From: Haliotis cracherodii | Lineage: Eukaryota | Reading direction: 5' to 3' | DNA: 64,000 nucleotides | Assembly: GCF_022045235.1 (NCBI RefSeq) | Contig: NW_027266330.1 | Location: forward strand, 43,028,001 to 43,092,000 | In this document: one piece after another, positions 1 through 10,159 of the stretch | Position numbering within the stretch: position 1 is the first letter of the stretch | Layout: every line of letters begins with the position of its first letter | Position numbers and translations under genes: made by a program | Notes under the pieces: generated by a model | Told to the model about the DNA's origin: nothing | The model's database searches: none | Seen by the model: only the letters and a program-made list of their open reading frames with translations

Positions 1-71
1 ATAATCGATTGATTAGTAATGTATCTCGATTTCATATTTAAGTTATGATATAGTATCATTGTATATTTAAT

Positions 72-781
72 ATGTATGTTACACTCCCGGGAATAACAAA
101 TGCCAGTCTATTGAACTGCTTAATACAATCGATAACTCGGATGGACAACTCGAAGTAGCTCTATGCGATGTAACATATTACCAACGGTGGACCAATATAA
201 GTGCTGCGAGAGGTAATAATGAGATATTTAGAATAGATGACCAAAATAGTATTAATAGAATTATTACTATACCTGATGGGTATTACAGCGTAAGCTCACT
301 CAATGATGAATTTTTTAAGTCTAATGATGAATTTTTTAATCCTATTGGAATAAGTCTCACACAAAATGAGGCGACTAAGACAGTGAAAATCTACAATGAA
401 GGATCAAATATACTTATTGGTAGGAACTTAGCAATTACACTTGGATTGAATCGGGCAATAACATTACCACACGGCTCAACAGTGATTGCAACGAATAACG
501 TACCTGATTTAGTTCCCTTTAAAGATTTGTTCATTCATCTTGATCAAATAAGCACGACGGATAATATTCAACTAGAAAGTCCTTCAACTCTGCTCAGAAG
601 TGTTCCAGTGAAAGATGAAAAATATAATAGTGGTAGAACGGAATCTTTCTCTTTATTACAATATAAAAAATTGAAGCGTGGTATTATTTCAGACCTCAAA
701 ATTTCTGTATTAGATGTAAAACACCAACCTGTACATATAGGATACTTAAGTGTAACACTCCATATTATAAATAATGGTTGA
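72..781 (+). pseudogene. Polinton minor capsid (penton)-like gene, copy 1, 1-nt frameshift near 102
   Basis: ATG at 72 (MYVTLPGITN). After restoring one base it reads QSIELLNTIDNSDGQLEVALCDVTYYQRWTNIS... continuously into the 383..781 ORF, with the C-terminal LLRSVPV...F..LQYKKL...LKISVLD...SVTLHI pattern typical of Polinton pentons. Confidence 0.7.
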
Positions 782-823
782 TTCCATATTTAAGTTATGG
801 TATAGTATCATTGTATATTTGAT

Positions 824-1494
824 ATGTATGTTACACTCCTGGGAATAACAAATGGTCAGTCTATTCAACTGCTTCGTACTATCGATAACTCGGATGGACA
901 ACTCGAAGTCGCTCTATGCGATGTAACGTATTTTACCCTAGGTGGACCAATATAAGTGCTGCGAGAGGTAATAATAATGAGACAATAATAAATGGTCAAA
1001 AATACATTATACCTGATGGGTATTACAGCGTATGCTCACTCAATGATGAATTTTTTAAGCCTAATGGAATTAGTCTCACACAAAATGAGTCAAATGGGTT
1101 ACTGATTTTAAACGCTGGAAAAAAGGATGTAAAGCTTTACGAGAACATAGCATACACACTTGGATGGAGAGGAGAAATAACATTACTCAAGACATCAGAT
1201 CAGGGACTCAATTTACCCAATTTAGTTCCCTATAAAGAGTTGTGCATCCATCTTGATGAAATCAGTACGACGGATAATATTCAACAAGAAAGTCCTTCAA
1301 CTCTACTCAGAAGTGTTCCAGTGAAAGATGAAAAATACAATAGCGGTAGAACGGAATCTTTTTCAACATTACAATATAAAAAATTAAAGCGGGGTATTAT
1401 TTCAGACCTCAAAATTTCTGTATTAGATGTAAAACACCAACCTGTATATATAAGATACTTAAGTGTAACACTCCATACCATAAATAATGGTTGA
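824..1494 (+). pseudogene. Polinton minor capsid (penton)-like gene, copy 2, frameshift near 931
   Basis: ATG at 824 reads MYVTLLGITNGQSIQLLRTIDNSDGQLEVALCDVTYF, then shifts at TATTTTACC (TATTACC in copy 1) into the 916..1494 frame; clear paralogue of copy 1. Confidence 0.7.
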
Positions 1495-2206
1495 TGCATC
1501 AGGCCCTGGAACAATAAGACAATGTAATACAATTGCGCTTTCCGATCTCGGAGACACGGAAGGATTCGGTAAACCCGGTACCAATGGTAAGTTATACGCT
1601 TTACACTTACACGATAATGTATACAAGCGGAAAGAAGTCACATTCACGGGTAATCTAGAAGATTTAAGAGATGTCGACGTTAGTAGACTCCTTAAAACCA
1701 CTCCATACAATATCATTTACAACAGTGAGAATAAATGGACTATGGTCGAAGCAAACATCAAGTGGCTACTGAATATCGTCATTACCCCACCTTATGCGAT
1801 GATGGGTAAGGGACATAATTTAACTAAGATAATAAATAGTGGCATCGTACTCGCGGCCTATATCCCGTCAAAACGAAAAAGTGTGTTAGTCTCTCCCCTG
1901 CCAGAAAAACCAGGTCATATGTTATATAGTCGTCCGGCAATCCAAAATGTTAGTTTAAATTTGGTTACAGAATTCGATGATATTAAAGTTAACTTGAGTG
2001 CAATACCTAATATTTCTACGCTTATTATTGAAGTCTTGTTCGGAGATGCACCGGTAGATGCCTTCGAAATATTACCAGGCCTATCGATTAAATGGCTCAA
2101 GAAACACGAGCTTCAACGTTGCAGTATTATTCTTGTCGGAGCATCACCCGTTGCAACCCTCGAGGGGGTTCAAATTATTAAAAGTGACAGAATTTCTCTT
2201 TCTTAG
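1487..2206 (+). CDS. Polinton hypothetical protein (239 aa)
   Basis: Long intact ORF in AT-rich DNA whose ATG overlaps the penton stop (ATGGTTGA), a compact viral-type gene layout; no motif recognised. Confidence 0.65.
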   Translation: MVDASGPGTIRQCNTIALSDLGDTEGFGKPGTNGKLYALHLHDNVYKRKEVTFTGNLEDLRDVDVSRLLKTTPYNIIYNSENKWTMVEANIKWLLNIVITPPYAMMGKGHNLTKIINSGIVLAAYIPSKRKSVLVSPLPEKPGHMLYSRPAIQNVSLNLVTEFDDIKVNLSAIPNISTLIIEVLFGDAPVDAFEILPGLSIKWLKKHELQRCSIILVGASPVATLEGVQIIKSDRISLS

Positions 2207-2307
2207 ATATTCTTGCCGTATAATATACATTTGATAAGGTTGATGTATACTATCAAAACATTTAGGCAAGACCAATTAAAGACTATTATATATTCGTAAT
2301 ATACACT

Positions 2308-2922
2308 ATGAGTTTATATCCAGCGCTCGATGAAGCAATTGAAAAGATGGAAACTGTTGATGGATTTCGATTACATCAAATAAGCGACATAAAACATCGA
2401 ATAGAAAAGGATAGGGAGTTGAGACTTGGATTGTATAAAAAGTATCGCAGAGCCGTGAATGCTCTGGACGGAGTTGACACCGCTCTTGTAGTAGCTGGCA
2501 TGGGACTCGGTGTAGCCGGTGTCGGTTTACTATCAACTATAATCGCCGCGCCTATCGTGCTCGGCATGGAAATAACCGCCGGAGTCTCGGGACTGGCAGG
2601 AATAGCGATAAAATTCATTTCTCGTAGGTTACAAAAGAAAGCATTAAAACACGATAGTATTCGGATACTCGCCGAAGCAAAGTTGAACAGCATTGAGGAT
2701 CATATTTCGACAGCAATGGCCGATTGTAAGATATCCGAGGATGAGTTTCGTTTAGTGCTGTCGGAACTCACCAAATACAACGTAATGAAGCAGGAGATTC
2801 GATCAAAATCTCGTAAGACCAATGGTATTAGCGAAGACGAGAAAAAAAAGTTCATAGAACAAGGGAGGCAACAAGCGCGTCAATTATTCCGTGCCAAAAC
2901 CAAAGAACTGGTTGGAGATTAA
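2308..2922 (+). CDS. Polinton/adintovirus membrane-helix protein (probably the family annotated 'GasderminX'), intact 204 aa
   Basis: LYP..FRLHQISDI..LYKKYRR, Gly-rich hydrophobic hairpin, KH..I..LAE.KLNSI...IS.A..D.KISEDEF: a pattern common in animal Polintons. The family name is from memory, not a search. Confidence 0.65.
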   Translation: MSLYPALDEAIEKMETVDGFRLHQISDIKHRIEKDRELRLGLYKKYRRAVNALDGVDTALVVAGMGLGVAGVGLLSTIIAAPIVLGMEITAGVSGLAGIAIKFISRRLQKKALKHDSIRILAEAKLNSIEDHISTAMADCKISEDEFRLVLSELTKYNVMKQEIRSKSRKTNGISEDEKKKFIEQGRQQARQLFRAKTKELVGD

Positions 2923-2983
2923 AAATAAATTGCTTACTATCGTGTGATTACATTTAGACAAATGCTTACATAAATATATAATA

Positions 2984-3241
2984 ATGGAGAAAACTATTAA
3001 ATGGAGAGAATTACCACAAGGTTTTTATTATATCAGTGATGTCAAACCAACCAAATACGGTAATCAATTGTTTCTTATCAATTTACAAGAAGAGTGTAGT
3101 TATATAGTCTGGTCTCCTGGTAAAATGAACGAAGAACTTAATAAAAATGTTGAATATCGCTTTATCGATAAAAATAATGAAGAATATTTTTATTACCATT
3201 TAGGCTCATCTAAAGCAATGATTGGCCCCAGGTATTGGTGA
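2984..3241 (+). CDS. Small Polinton protein (85 aa)
   Basis: ORF between the membrane-protein gene and the TIR; KW.EL..G.Y.I....TKYG pattern. Confidence 0.55.
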   Translation: MEKTIKWRELPQGFYYISDVKPTKYGNQLFLINLQEECSYIVWSPGKMNEELNKNVEYRFIDKNNEEYFYYHLGSSKAMIGPRYW

Positions 3242-3250
3242 GCTAGAGCT

Positions 3251-3377
3251 GAATCTCATGACTATCGTTGAATCGCATAATCATTTTGGCATAAAAAATT
3301 CCATCTGTCGTAGCAGTATAGGTATATGAATCCAGCTCCAGTGGAAGTGGTCCAGAACCCCCATTACCTATACTACT
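3251..3377. repeat. Polinton right TIR (unit 1)
   Basis: Reverse complement closely matches 63618-63745; ends in ACTACT. Confidence 0.85.
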
Positions 3378-3784
3378 CAAGGTCTCAGCCGGTCGCTTTT
3401 CGCTTTCGTGCAACTCTTATCAGGCTGAGCCCCAAACACGCCTTTATTTATGTCTGACAAATTCATTTATACTTCCAACCTCTTTGCAATGCCAAAGTCT
3501 ATCTGCCTATACATTTTTATTCCGTTCCGACTATTTTTGGTTTTTGCCGAAAAGACAGCTATCTGTTAAGCCGTTTTGGCTGTATTTTAGCCACCATTGT
3601 TGAGTGAATTAAGAAGTTTTTGGATCATTCTCGGATCTTTGCCATGGAAGTTTCTTGTCAATTAACGAGGTCTTAGCCGGTCATTTTTCACTTTCGCACA
3701 ACTCTCATCGGCCATGTTGGGAGCCCCCAAACACCCCTTTCTTTAACTTCCAACCTCTTTGCTATGCTAAGGTCTACCTATCTA

Positions 3785-4043
3785 GACCCGTGAAGATTCT
3801 GGGGTAGAATACCCATGCTTGCCTTAAAAGGCGACTATGCTTGTCGTAAAAGGCGACTAACGGGATCGGCTGGTCAGACTCGCTGACTTAGTTGATGCAT
3901 GTCATCGATCCCAATTGCGCTGATCGATGCTCATGATATAAATCACTTGATTGTCTGGTCAAGAATTGATTATTTTACAGACCACCATCATATAGATGGA
4001 GTATTGCTGAGTGTGGCGTTAAACAACAAACCAATCCAAACCA
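3785..4043 (+). mobile_element. SINE fragment (Nin/Deu-domain type, mollusc-like)
   Basis: ACCCATGCTTGTCGTAAAAGGCGACTAA-like core and a 3' tail GTGGCGTTAAACAACAAACCAA with (CAAA)-type repeats; 22-bp internal tandem duplication. Confidence 0.7.
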
Positions 4044-4045
4044 CA

Positions 4046-7000
4046 GACAAAAAGTTCAAGTCGCTTTATGTATTTTCAGTGCCTTGTGATTTTTAATGGA
4101 ATTCATTGTGTATCGGACATCTAAGACTGCATCCATGCACCAAATTTGTTTTGTATACTGAGACTGATACTTTCTGGTTAGCTTGTGTAAAAGTCAAGTT
4201 GCTGAAGTATTTTCAGTGATGAGTATCAGACATCTAATTCATCCACATACACAATATGATATTCTTCCCGAGGACGTATCCTTTCGAAGATGTAAAAGTC
4301 ATGCACATGACAAAAAGTTCATGTCGGTGTATGTATTTTCAGTGCCTTGTGATTTTTAATGGAATTCATCTGTGTCGGACATCTAAGACTGCATCCATGC
4401 ACCAAATTTGTTTTGTATACTGAGACTGATACTTTCTGGTTAGCTTGTAGAAAAAACAAGTCGCTTTATGTATTTCCAGTGCCTTTTGATTTTTAATGGA
4501 ATTCATTGTGTGTCGGACATCTAAGACTGGGTCCATGCACCAAATTTGTTTTGTATACTGAGACTGATACTTTCTGGTTAGCTTGTAGAAAAAACAAGTC
4601 GCTTTATGTATTTCCAGTGCCTTTTGATTTTTAATGGAATTCATTGTGTGTCGGACATCTAAGACTACATCCATGCACAAAATTTGTTTTGTATACTGAG
4701 ACTGATACTTTCAGGTTAGATTGTGGAAAAGTCAAGTTGTTGATGTATTTTCAGTGCCTTGTGATTTTTAATGGAATTCATTATGTGGCGGACATCTAAG
4801 ACTGCATCCATGCACCAAATTTGTTTTGTATACTGAGACTGATACTTTGTGGTTAGCTTGTGGAAAAGTCAGGTTTGCTGAGACATCTAAGAAATCTTCC
4901 ACATACACAATATGATATTCTTCCCGAGGATGTAAAAGTCATGCACATGACAAAAAGTTCAAGTCGCTTTATGTATTTTCAGTGCCTTTTGAATTTTTAA
5001 TGGAATTCAGTGTGTGTCGGACATCTAAGACTGCATCCATGCACCAAATTTGTTTTGTATATTGAGACTGATAATTTAAGGTTAGTTTGTGGAAAAGTCA
5101 AGTTGCTGATGTATTTTCAGTGATGAGTGTCAGACATAAATATGATATTCCTGAGGATGGATTCTTTCCAAAGATGTTAAAGTCATGCACATGACAAAAA
5201 GTTCAAGTCGCTTTATGTATTTTCAGTGCCTTTTGATTTTTAATGGAATTCATTGTGTGTCGGACATCTAAGACTGCATCCATGCACCAAATTTGTTTTG
5301 TATACTGAGACTGATACTTTGAGGTTAGCTTGTAGAAAAGTCAGGTTGCTGAGACATCTAAGAAATCTTCCACATACACAATATGATATTCTTCCCGAGG
5401 ATGTAAAAGTCATGCACATGACAAAACGTTCAAGTTGCTTTATGTATTTTCAGTGCCTTTTGAATTTTTAATGGAATTCATTGTGTGTCGGACATCTAAG
5501 ACTGCATCCATGCACCAAATTTGTTTTGTATATTGAGACTGATAATTTAAGGTTGGTTTGTGGAAAAGTCAAGTTGCTGATGTATTTTCAGTGATGAGTG
5601 TCAGACATAAATATGATATTCCTGAGGATGGATTCTTTCCAAAGATGTTAAAGTCATGCACATGACAAAAAGTTCAAGTCGCTTTATGTATTTTCAGTGC
5701 CTTTTGATTTTTAATGGAATTCATTGTGTGTCGGACATCTAAGACTGCATCCATGCACAAAATTTGATTGTATACTAAGACAGATACTTTGAGGTTAGCT
5801 TGTGGAAAAGTCAAGTTGTTGATATATTTTCAGTGCCTTGTGATTTTTAATGGAATTCATTATGTGTCGGACATCTAAGACTGCATCCATGCACCAAATT
5901 TGTTTTGTATACTGAGACGGATACTTTGTGGTTAGCTTGTGTAAAAGTCAAGTTGCTAAAGTATTTTCAGTGATGAGTGTCAGACATCTAATTCATCCAC
6001 ATACACAATATGATATTCTTCCCGAGGACGTATCCTTTCGAAGATGTAAAAGTCATGCACATGACAAAAAGTTCATGTCGGTGTATGTATTTTCAGTGCC
6101 TTGTGATTTTTAATGGAATTCATCTGTGTCGGACATCTAAGACTGCATCCATGCACCAAATTTGTTTTGTATACTGAGACTGATACTTTCTGGTTAGCTT
6201 GTAGAACAAACAAGTCGCTTTATGTATTTCCAGTGACTTTTGATTTTTAATGGAATTCATTGTGTGTCTGACATCTAAGACTGCGTCCATGCACCAAATT
6301 TGTTTTGTATACTGAGACTGATACTTTCTGGTTAGCTTGTGGAAAGGTCAAGTCGCTTTATGTATTTCCAGTGCCTTTTGATTTTTAATGGAATTCATTG
6401 TGTATTGGACATCTAAGACTGCATCCATGCACAAAATTTGATTGTATACTAAGACTGATACTTTGAGGTTAGCTTGTGGAAAAGTCAAGTTGTTGATGTA
6501 TTTTCAGTGCCTTGTGATTTTTAATGGAATTCATTGTGTGTCGGACATCTAAGACTGCATCCATGCACCAAATTTGTTTTGTATACTGAGACTGATACTT
6601 TGTGGTTAGCTTGTGGAAAAGTCAGGTTGCTGAGACATCTAAGAATTCTTCCACATACACAATATGATATTCTTCCCGAGGATGTAAAAGTCATGCACCT
6701 GACAAAAAGTTCAAGTCGCTTTATGTATTTTCAGTGCCTTGTGATTTTTAATGGAATTCATCTGTGTCGGACATCTAAGACTGCATCCATGCACAAAATT
6801 TGATTGTATACTAAGACTGATACTTTGAGGTTAGTTTGTGGAAAAGTCAAGTTGTTGATGTATTTTCAGTGCCTTGTGATTTTTAATGGAATTCATTATG
6901 TGTCGGACATCTAAGACTGCATCCATGCACAATATTTGATTGTATACTAAGACTGATACTTTGAGGTTAGTTTGTGGAAAAGTCAAGTTGCTGATGTATT

Positions 7001-7625
7001 TTCAGTGATGAGTGTCAGACATCTAATTCATCCACATACACAATATGATATTCTTCCTGAGGACGTATCCTTTCGAAGATGTAAAAGTCATGCACATGAC
7101 AAAAAGTTCATGTCGGTGTATGTATTTTCAGTGCCTTGTGATTTTTAATGGAATTCATCTGTGTCGGGCATCTAAGACTGCATCCATGCACCAAATTTGT
7201 TTTGTATACTGAGACTGATACTTTCTGGTTAGCTTGTAGAAAAAACAAGTCGCTTTATGTATTTCCAGTGACTTTTGATTTTTAATGGAATTCATTGTGT
7301 GTCGGACATCTAAGACTGCGTCTATGCACCAAATTTGATTGTATACTGAGACTGATACTTTGAGGTTAGCTTGTGGAAAAGTCAAGTTGCTGATGTATTT
7401 TCAGAGATGAGTGTCAGACATCTAAATACAAAATATGATAGTCCTGAGGATGGATTCTTTCCGAAGATGTTAAAGTCATGCACATGACAAAAAGTTCAAG
7501 TCGCTTTATGTATTTTCAATGCCTTTTGAATTTTTAAAGGAATTCATTGTGTGTCGGACCTCTAAGACTGCATCCATGCACCAAATTTGTTTTGTATACT
7601 GAGACTGATAATTTAAGGTTAGTTT
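4046..7625. repeat. Modular EcoRI satellite array (unit 1)
   Basis: GGAATTC-containing monomers spaced ~137, ~228, ~243 and ~263 bp that share a common core. Confidence 0.95.
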
Positions 7626-7801
7626 GTGTAGTGACGTCATGGGAGAAATGACGTATGTTGCCATGGGGAGTATATTGGCGTGTCTTGTGAAAGGAGAATG
7701 TTTGTAAACAAATGGTGGAAAATGGTAAATGGGAATAGTTACTAGTATTGTTTATGAGGAGCTGACCATAAACCGATTTAGCTAAATAATGCTAAATCAT
7801 A
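7626..7801 (-). repeat. Ngaro direct repeat A2 (copy 1)
   Basis: Near-identical to 13023-13197. Confidence 0.9.
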
Positions 7802-8303
7802 TTATGTTCAGACTACCTCCGATGAAAAGATTAACAAACAATGATGTTTTGTGGGATATAATGGGCAGAGTGTGGATGAGGCAGTCGGGGGGATAAGCAA
7901 GGTCCTACCGCGGACTAGAAATCGCATACAGCCCCTATCGCGGGTCAAGTTGTCCCTCCACCGTGCTTGGCAGACAGGACCCACAGCAAAGATACTATCA
8001 CTCCCCCCGCGGAAACAGCGGGCAGAAGAATTTGGGCTCCCACTGTAATTAGCAGGCAGCCAGAGTATCATACACACACCAGCATGGTGTTAAACCAAAT
8101 CCCCCGACTGCACCATGCCAAACAGCGGGGTGCAAAATGTATAAATACACTATGCACACCGCTGACATCCACACATTATATTATATTTGCATTAAATTAT
8201 GATGTGGAAGGGAGATGGGGAGTGGATAAGAGACTGGGAAGGAAAAGAAAATTATGCGCCTCCCCCCAAAGTGAAGTTATACATACTTACCCGAACAGTA
8301 CCT

Positions 8304-8836
8304 TTACTCATCACTAAACAATGTCCTGCGTACATTTGATTTAAAATGGGCCATGCCCGACCGGTTTAAATGAACTCCCCGAGGAGTATAAAATGGAGCA
8401 TCATGTTTGATCTGAGGGTGGGTACACCTTAGACCCCCCTCTTCCCTGATCACTCCCGCAATCCGCCTATTAATCAATTTTCTTTTCAGTTCAATCCTTT
8501 TAACATTGCTGGCTCCTCGCCAGGTTTGTCGAGGCAACATGTCAGACCATACCAATTTGGTATTCGGGAGTTTAAGTTGAGCGTATGTTATGTCCAGATA
8601 CATGTTTTCATAAAGTTCCTTTGTCCCCTTTGTACACAGATCATTTGATCCAAGGTGGATAAACAGAAGCTTCGGCTGGGGATGGCGGGCAACAAGTGTA
8701 TCCACTGCCTTGCGGAATTCCCCCCACTTCATTCCGCCCTTTGCATGCCAGCGGGTACCCGTCAGTAGGGAGTCCGATGTAGTGGCCAGATGGTCGTGGA
8801 ATCGGACCATATAACTGGACCCGATACACCATACAT
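8304..8836 (-). CDS. SGNH/GDSL hydrolase-like exon (copy 1)
   Basis: VWCIGSSY (block I, upstream of the track's ATG at 8810), KGG (II), HLGSND (III), GVHLN (V); preceded by a TTTCAG acceptor-like site. Confidence 0.85.
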
Positions 8837-9163
8837 CTGAAACTTAAAACACACTAGCAGCATCTTTGTTATAATAACATCTGCTTTATCTTTACCTANN
8901 NNNNNNNNNNNNNNNNNNNNNNNNNNNNNNNNNNNNNNNNNNNNNNNNNNNNNNNNNNNNNNNNNNNNNNNNNNNNNNNNNNNNNNNNNNNNNNNNNNNN
9001 NNNNNNNNNNNNNNNNNNNNNNNNNNNNNNNNNNNNNNNNNNNNNNNNNNNNNNNNNNNNNNNTAGAGTTAGTGAAAAAGTATGTATTATCCCGTTACCC
9101 CCGTGGAACCGCAACAGGCAGGAACGGCTGGTGAGTCTGTGTTTGTTTCTGCTAGGTATACTG

Positions 9164-10159
9164 TTAAGTGGTGAGTTGAGTAATGCGGATATATTTGCTG
9201 TAACAGTTTGATTTCCAACGCCCATATTTCTGAATCTGCTTGGAACTAACCCCATTAATTGCTGCTGTGGTAGCCGCTCCAATGCGAAAAGAGTGTGACG
9301 AAAACAAATGAAGATTGAGGTGTGGTAAAGAAAATGACAGGGCCTTTCTTAACATTGACTGAAATTGGAATCTATTTAAAGGACGTCCATCAAAATGGAC
9401 GAACACATGACCGTGCACTGGTGGTCTGATGGATAGAAACTGTTGCATTGCTCTGACAGGACACAGTCTAGAGTGAAGGATAGCTGTTATTTGTATTTGC
9501 ACACCTCTGCCGCCCTGATCCGTTTTGGATGAGCGTAAACATATCGTTATGTGACTTATATCTGCTGCCACATGAATATCAGACAAAAGACACGCCTTAT
9601 GCGAGAAATCCTTGGCTGACCCTGCCACCAGCTCGCTGATTCTAAAGAATCCAAAAAATGCAAGCAGGTATGCAGCTGTGAAAAGAGACGTTTCGTAAAC
9701 TGAAGCACAAACTACCGGTAATGCTGTGACAATAACAGACAATAAGTCAACTGTAATTGGGAGTCGAGTGTCAGCCTTCTGTTTCTGTCTGACAAATCCA
9801 ATCAAGGCTTTCTGAATAAGAAAATGGGATGTTAGGTCATGCATACCATGTAACTTTTGCCATGTTGTTAATGCTGATATATACGACTTTGCCGTGCGAG
9901 GAGATTTTCCTGTTAAGGAGAGATGAGCGATAAAATGCATAAGGTGATCAACCGGGGTGGGCCAAATGTGTGGCAGGCTGAAAGAGATGCGAAAAACATT
10001 AAATGACTTTAGTGCAGACTCATACAGGTTCCATGTGTTGAGTGCTAGAGAAGACTGCACTAGACGTTGCACCTCTGTCGTCAGATCTGCCATATGTCCT
10101 GTGGTATGTGTGCTGGTATCTCGTCTGCCTGCGGTGCTGCTTCTTTGAACCTGGACCAC
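9164..10159 (-). CDS. Tyrosine recombinase (copy 1)
   Basis: FFRISEL, SKTDQ, HSFRIGAAT, GRWKS and YIR: the full catalytic set. Confidence 0.95.
   Translation of the reverse strand: MVQVQRSSTAGRRDTSTHTTGHMADLTTEVQRLVQSSLALNTWNLYESALKSFNVFRISFSLPHIWPTPVDHLMHFIAHLSLTGKSPRTAKSYISALTTWQKLHGMHDLTSHFLIQKALIGFVRQKQKADTRLPITVDLLSVIVTALPVVCASVYETSLFTAAYLLAFFGFFRISELVAGSAKDFSHKACLLSDIHVAADISHITICLRSSKTDQGGRGVQIQITAILHSRLCPVRAMQQFLSIRPPVHGHVFVHFDGRPLNRFQFQSMLRKALSFSLPHLNLHLFSSHSFRIGAATTAAINGVSSKQIQKYGRWKSNCYSKYIRITQLTT

Larger units (their letters stand above)
1..3377 (+). mobile_element. Polinton/Maverick (adintovirus-like) element, right-hand part
   Basis: Penton-like genes, a Polinton-type membrane-helix ORF and a ~127-bp TIR ending in ...TATACTACT, the (AGT)n-type Polinton terminus; the TIR's reverse complement recurs at 63618 in front of an integrase start. 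Confidence 0.85.

Noticed and set aside
2376-2693. Minus-strand 105-aa/87-aa ORFs over the membrane-protein gene
   Set aside because: Antisense shadow of the plus-strand gene.
3899-4096. 65-aa ORF spanning SINE and satellite
   Set aside because: Chance ORF in non-coding repeats.
4366-7385. Short ORFs in the satellite (and equivalents in later blocks)
   Set aside because: Monomer lengths mix 137/138 bp, frames are not conserved and ORFs appear on both strands; they are by-products of the repeat.
4046-7625. CRISPR-like repeat/spacer appearance of the satellite
   Set aside because: The constant part is >100 bp, the 'spacers' are a few recurring related cassettes rather than unique sequences, there are no cas genes, and the context is eukaryotic.
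8896-9282. ORFs running into the N tract
   Set aside because: Artefacts of translating through Ns; alternative frame of the YR 3' end.
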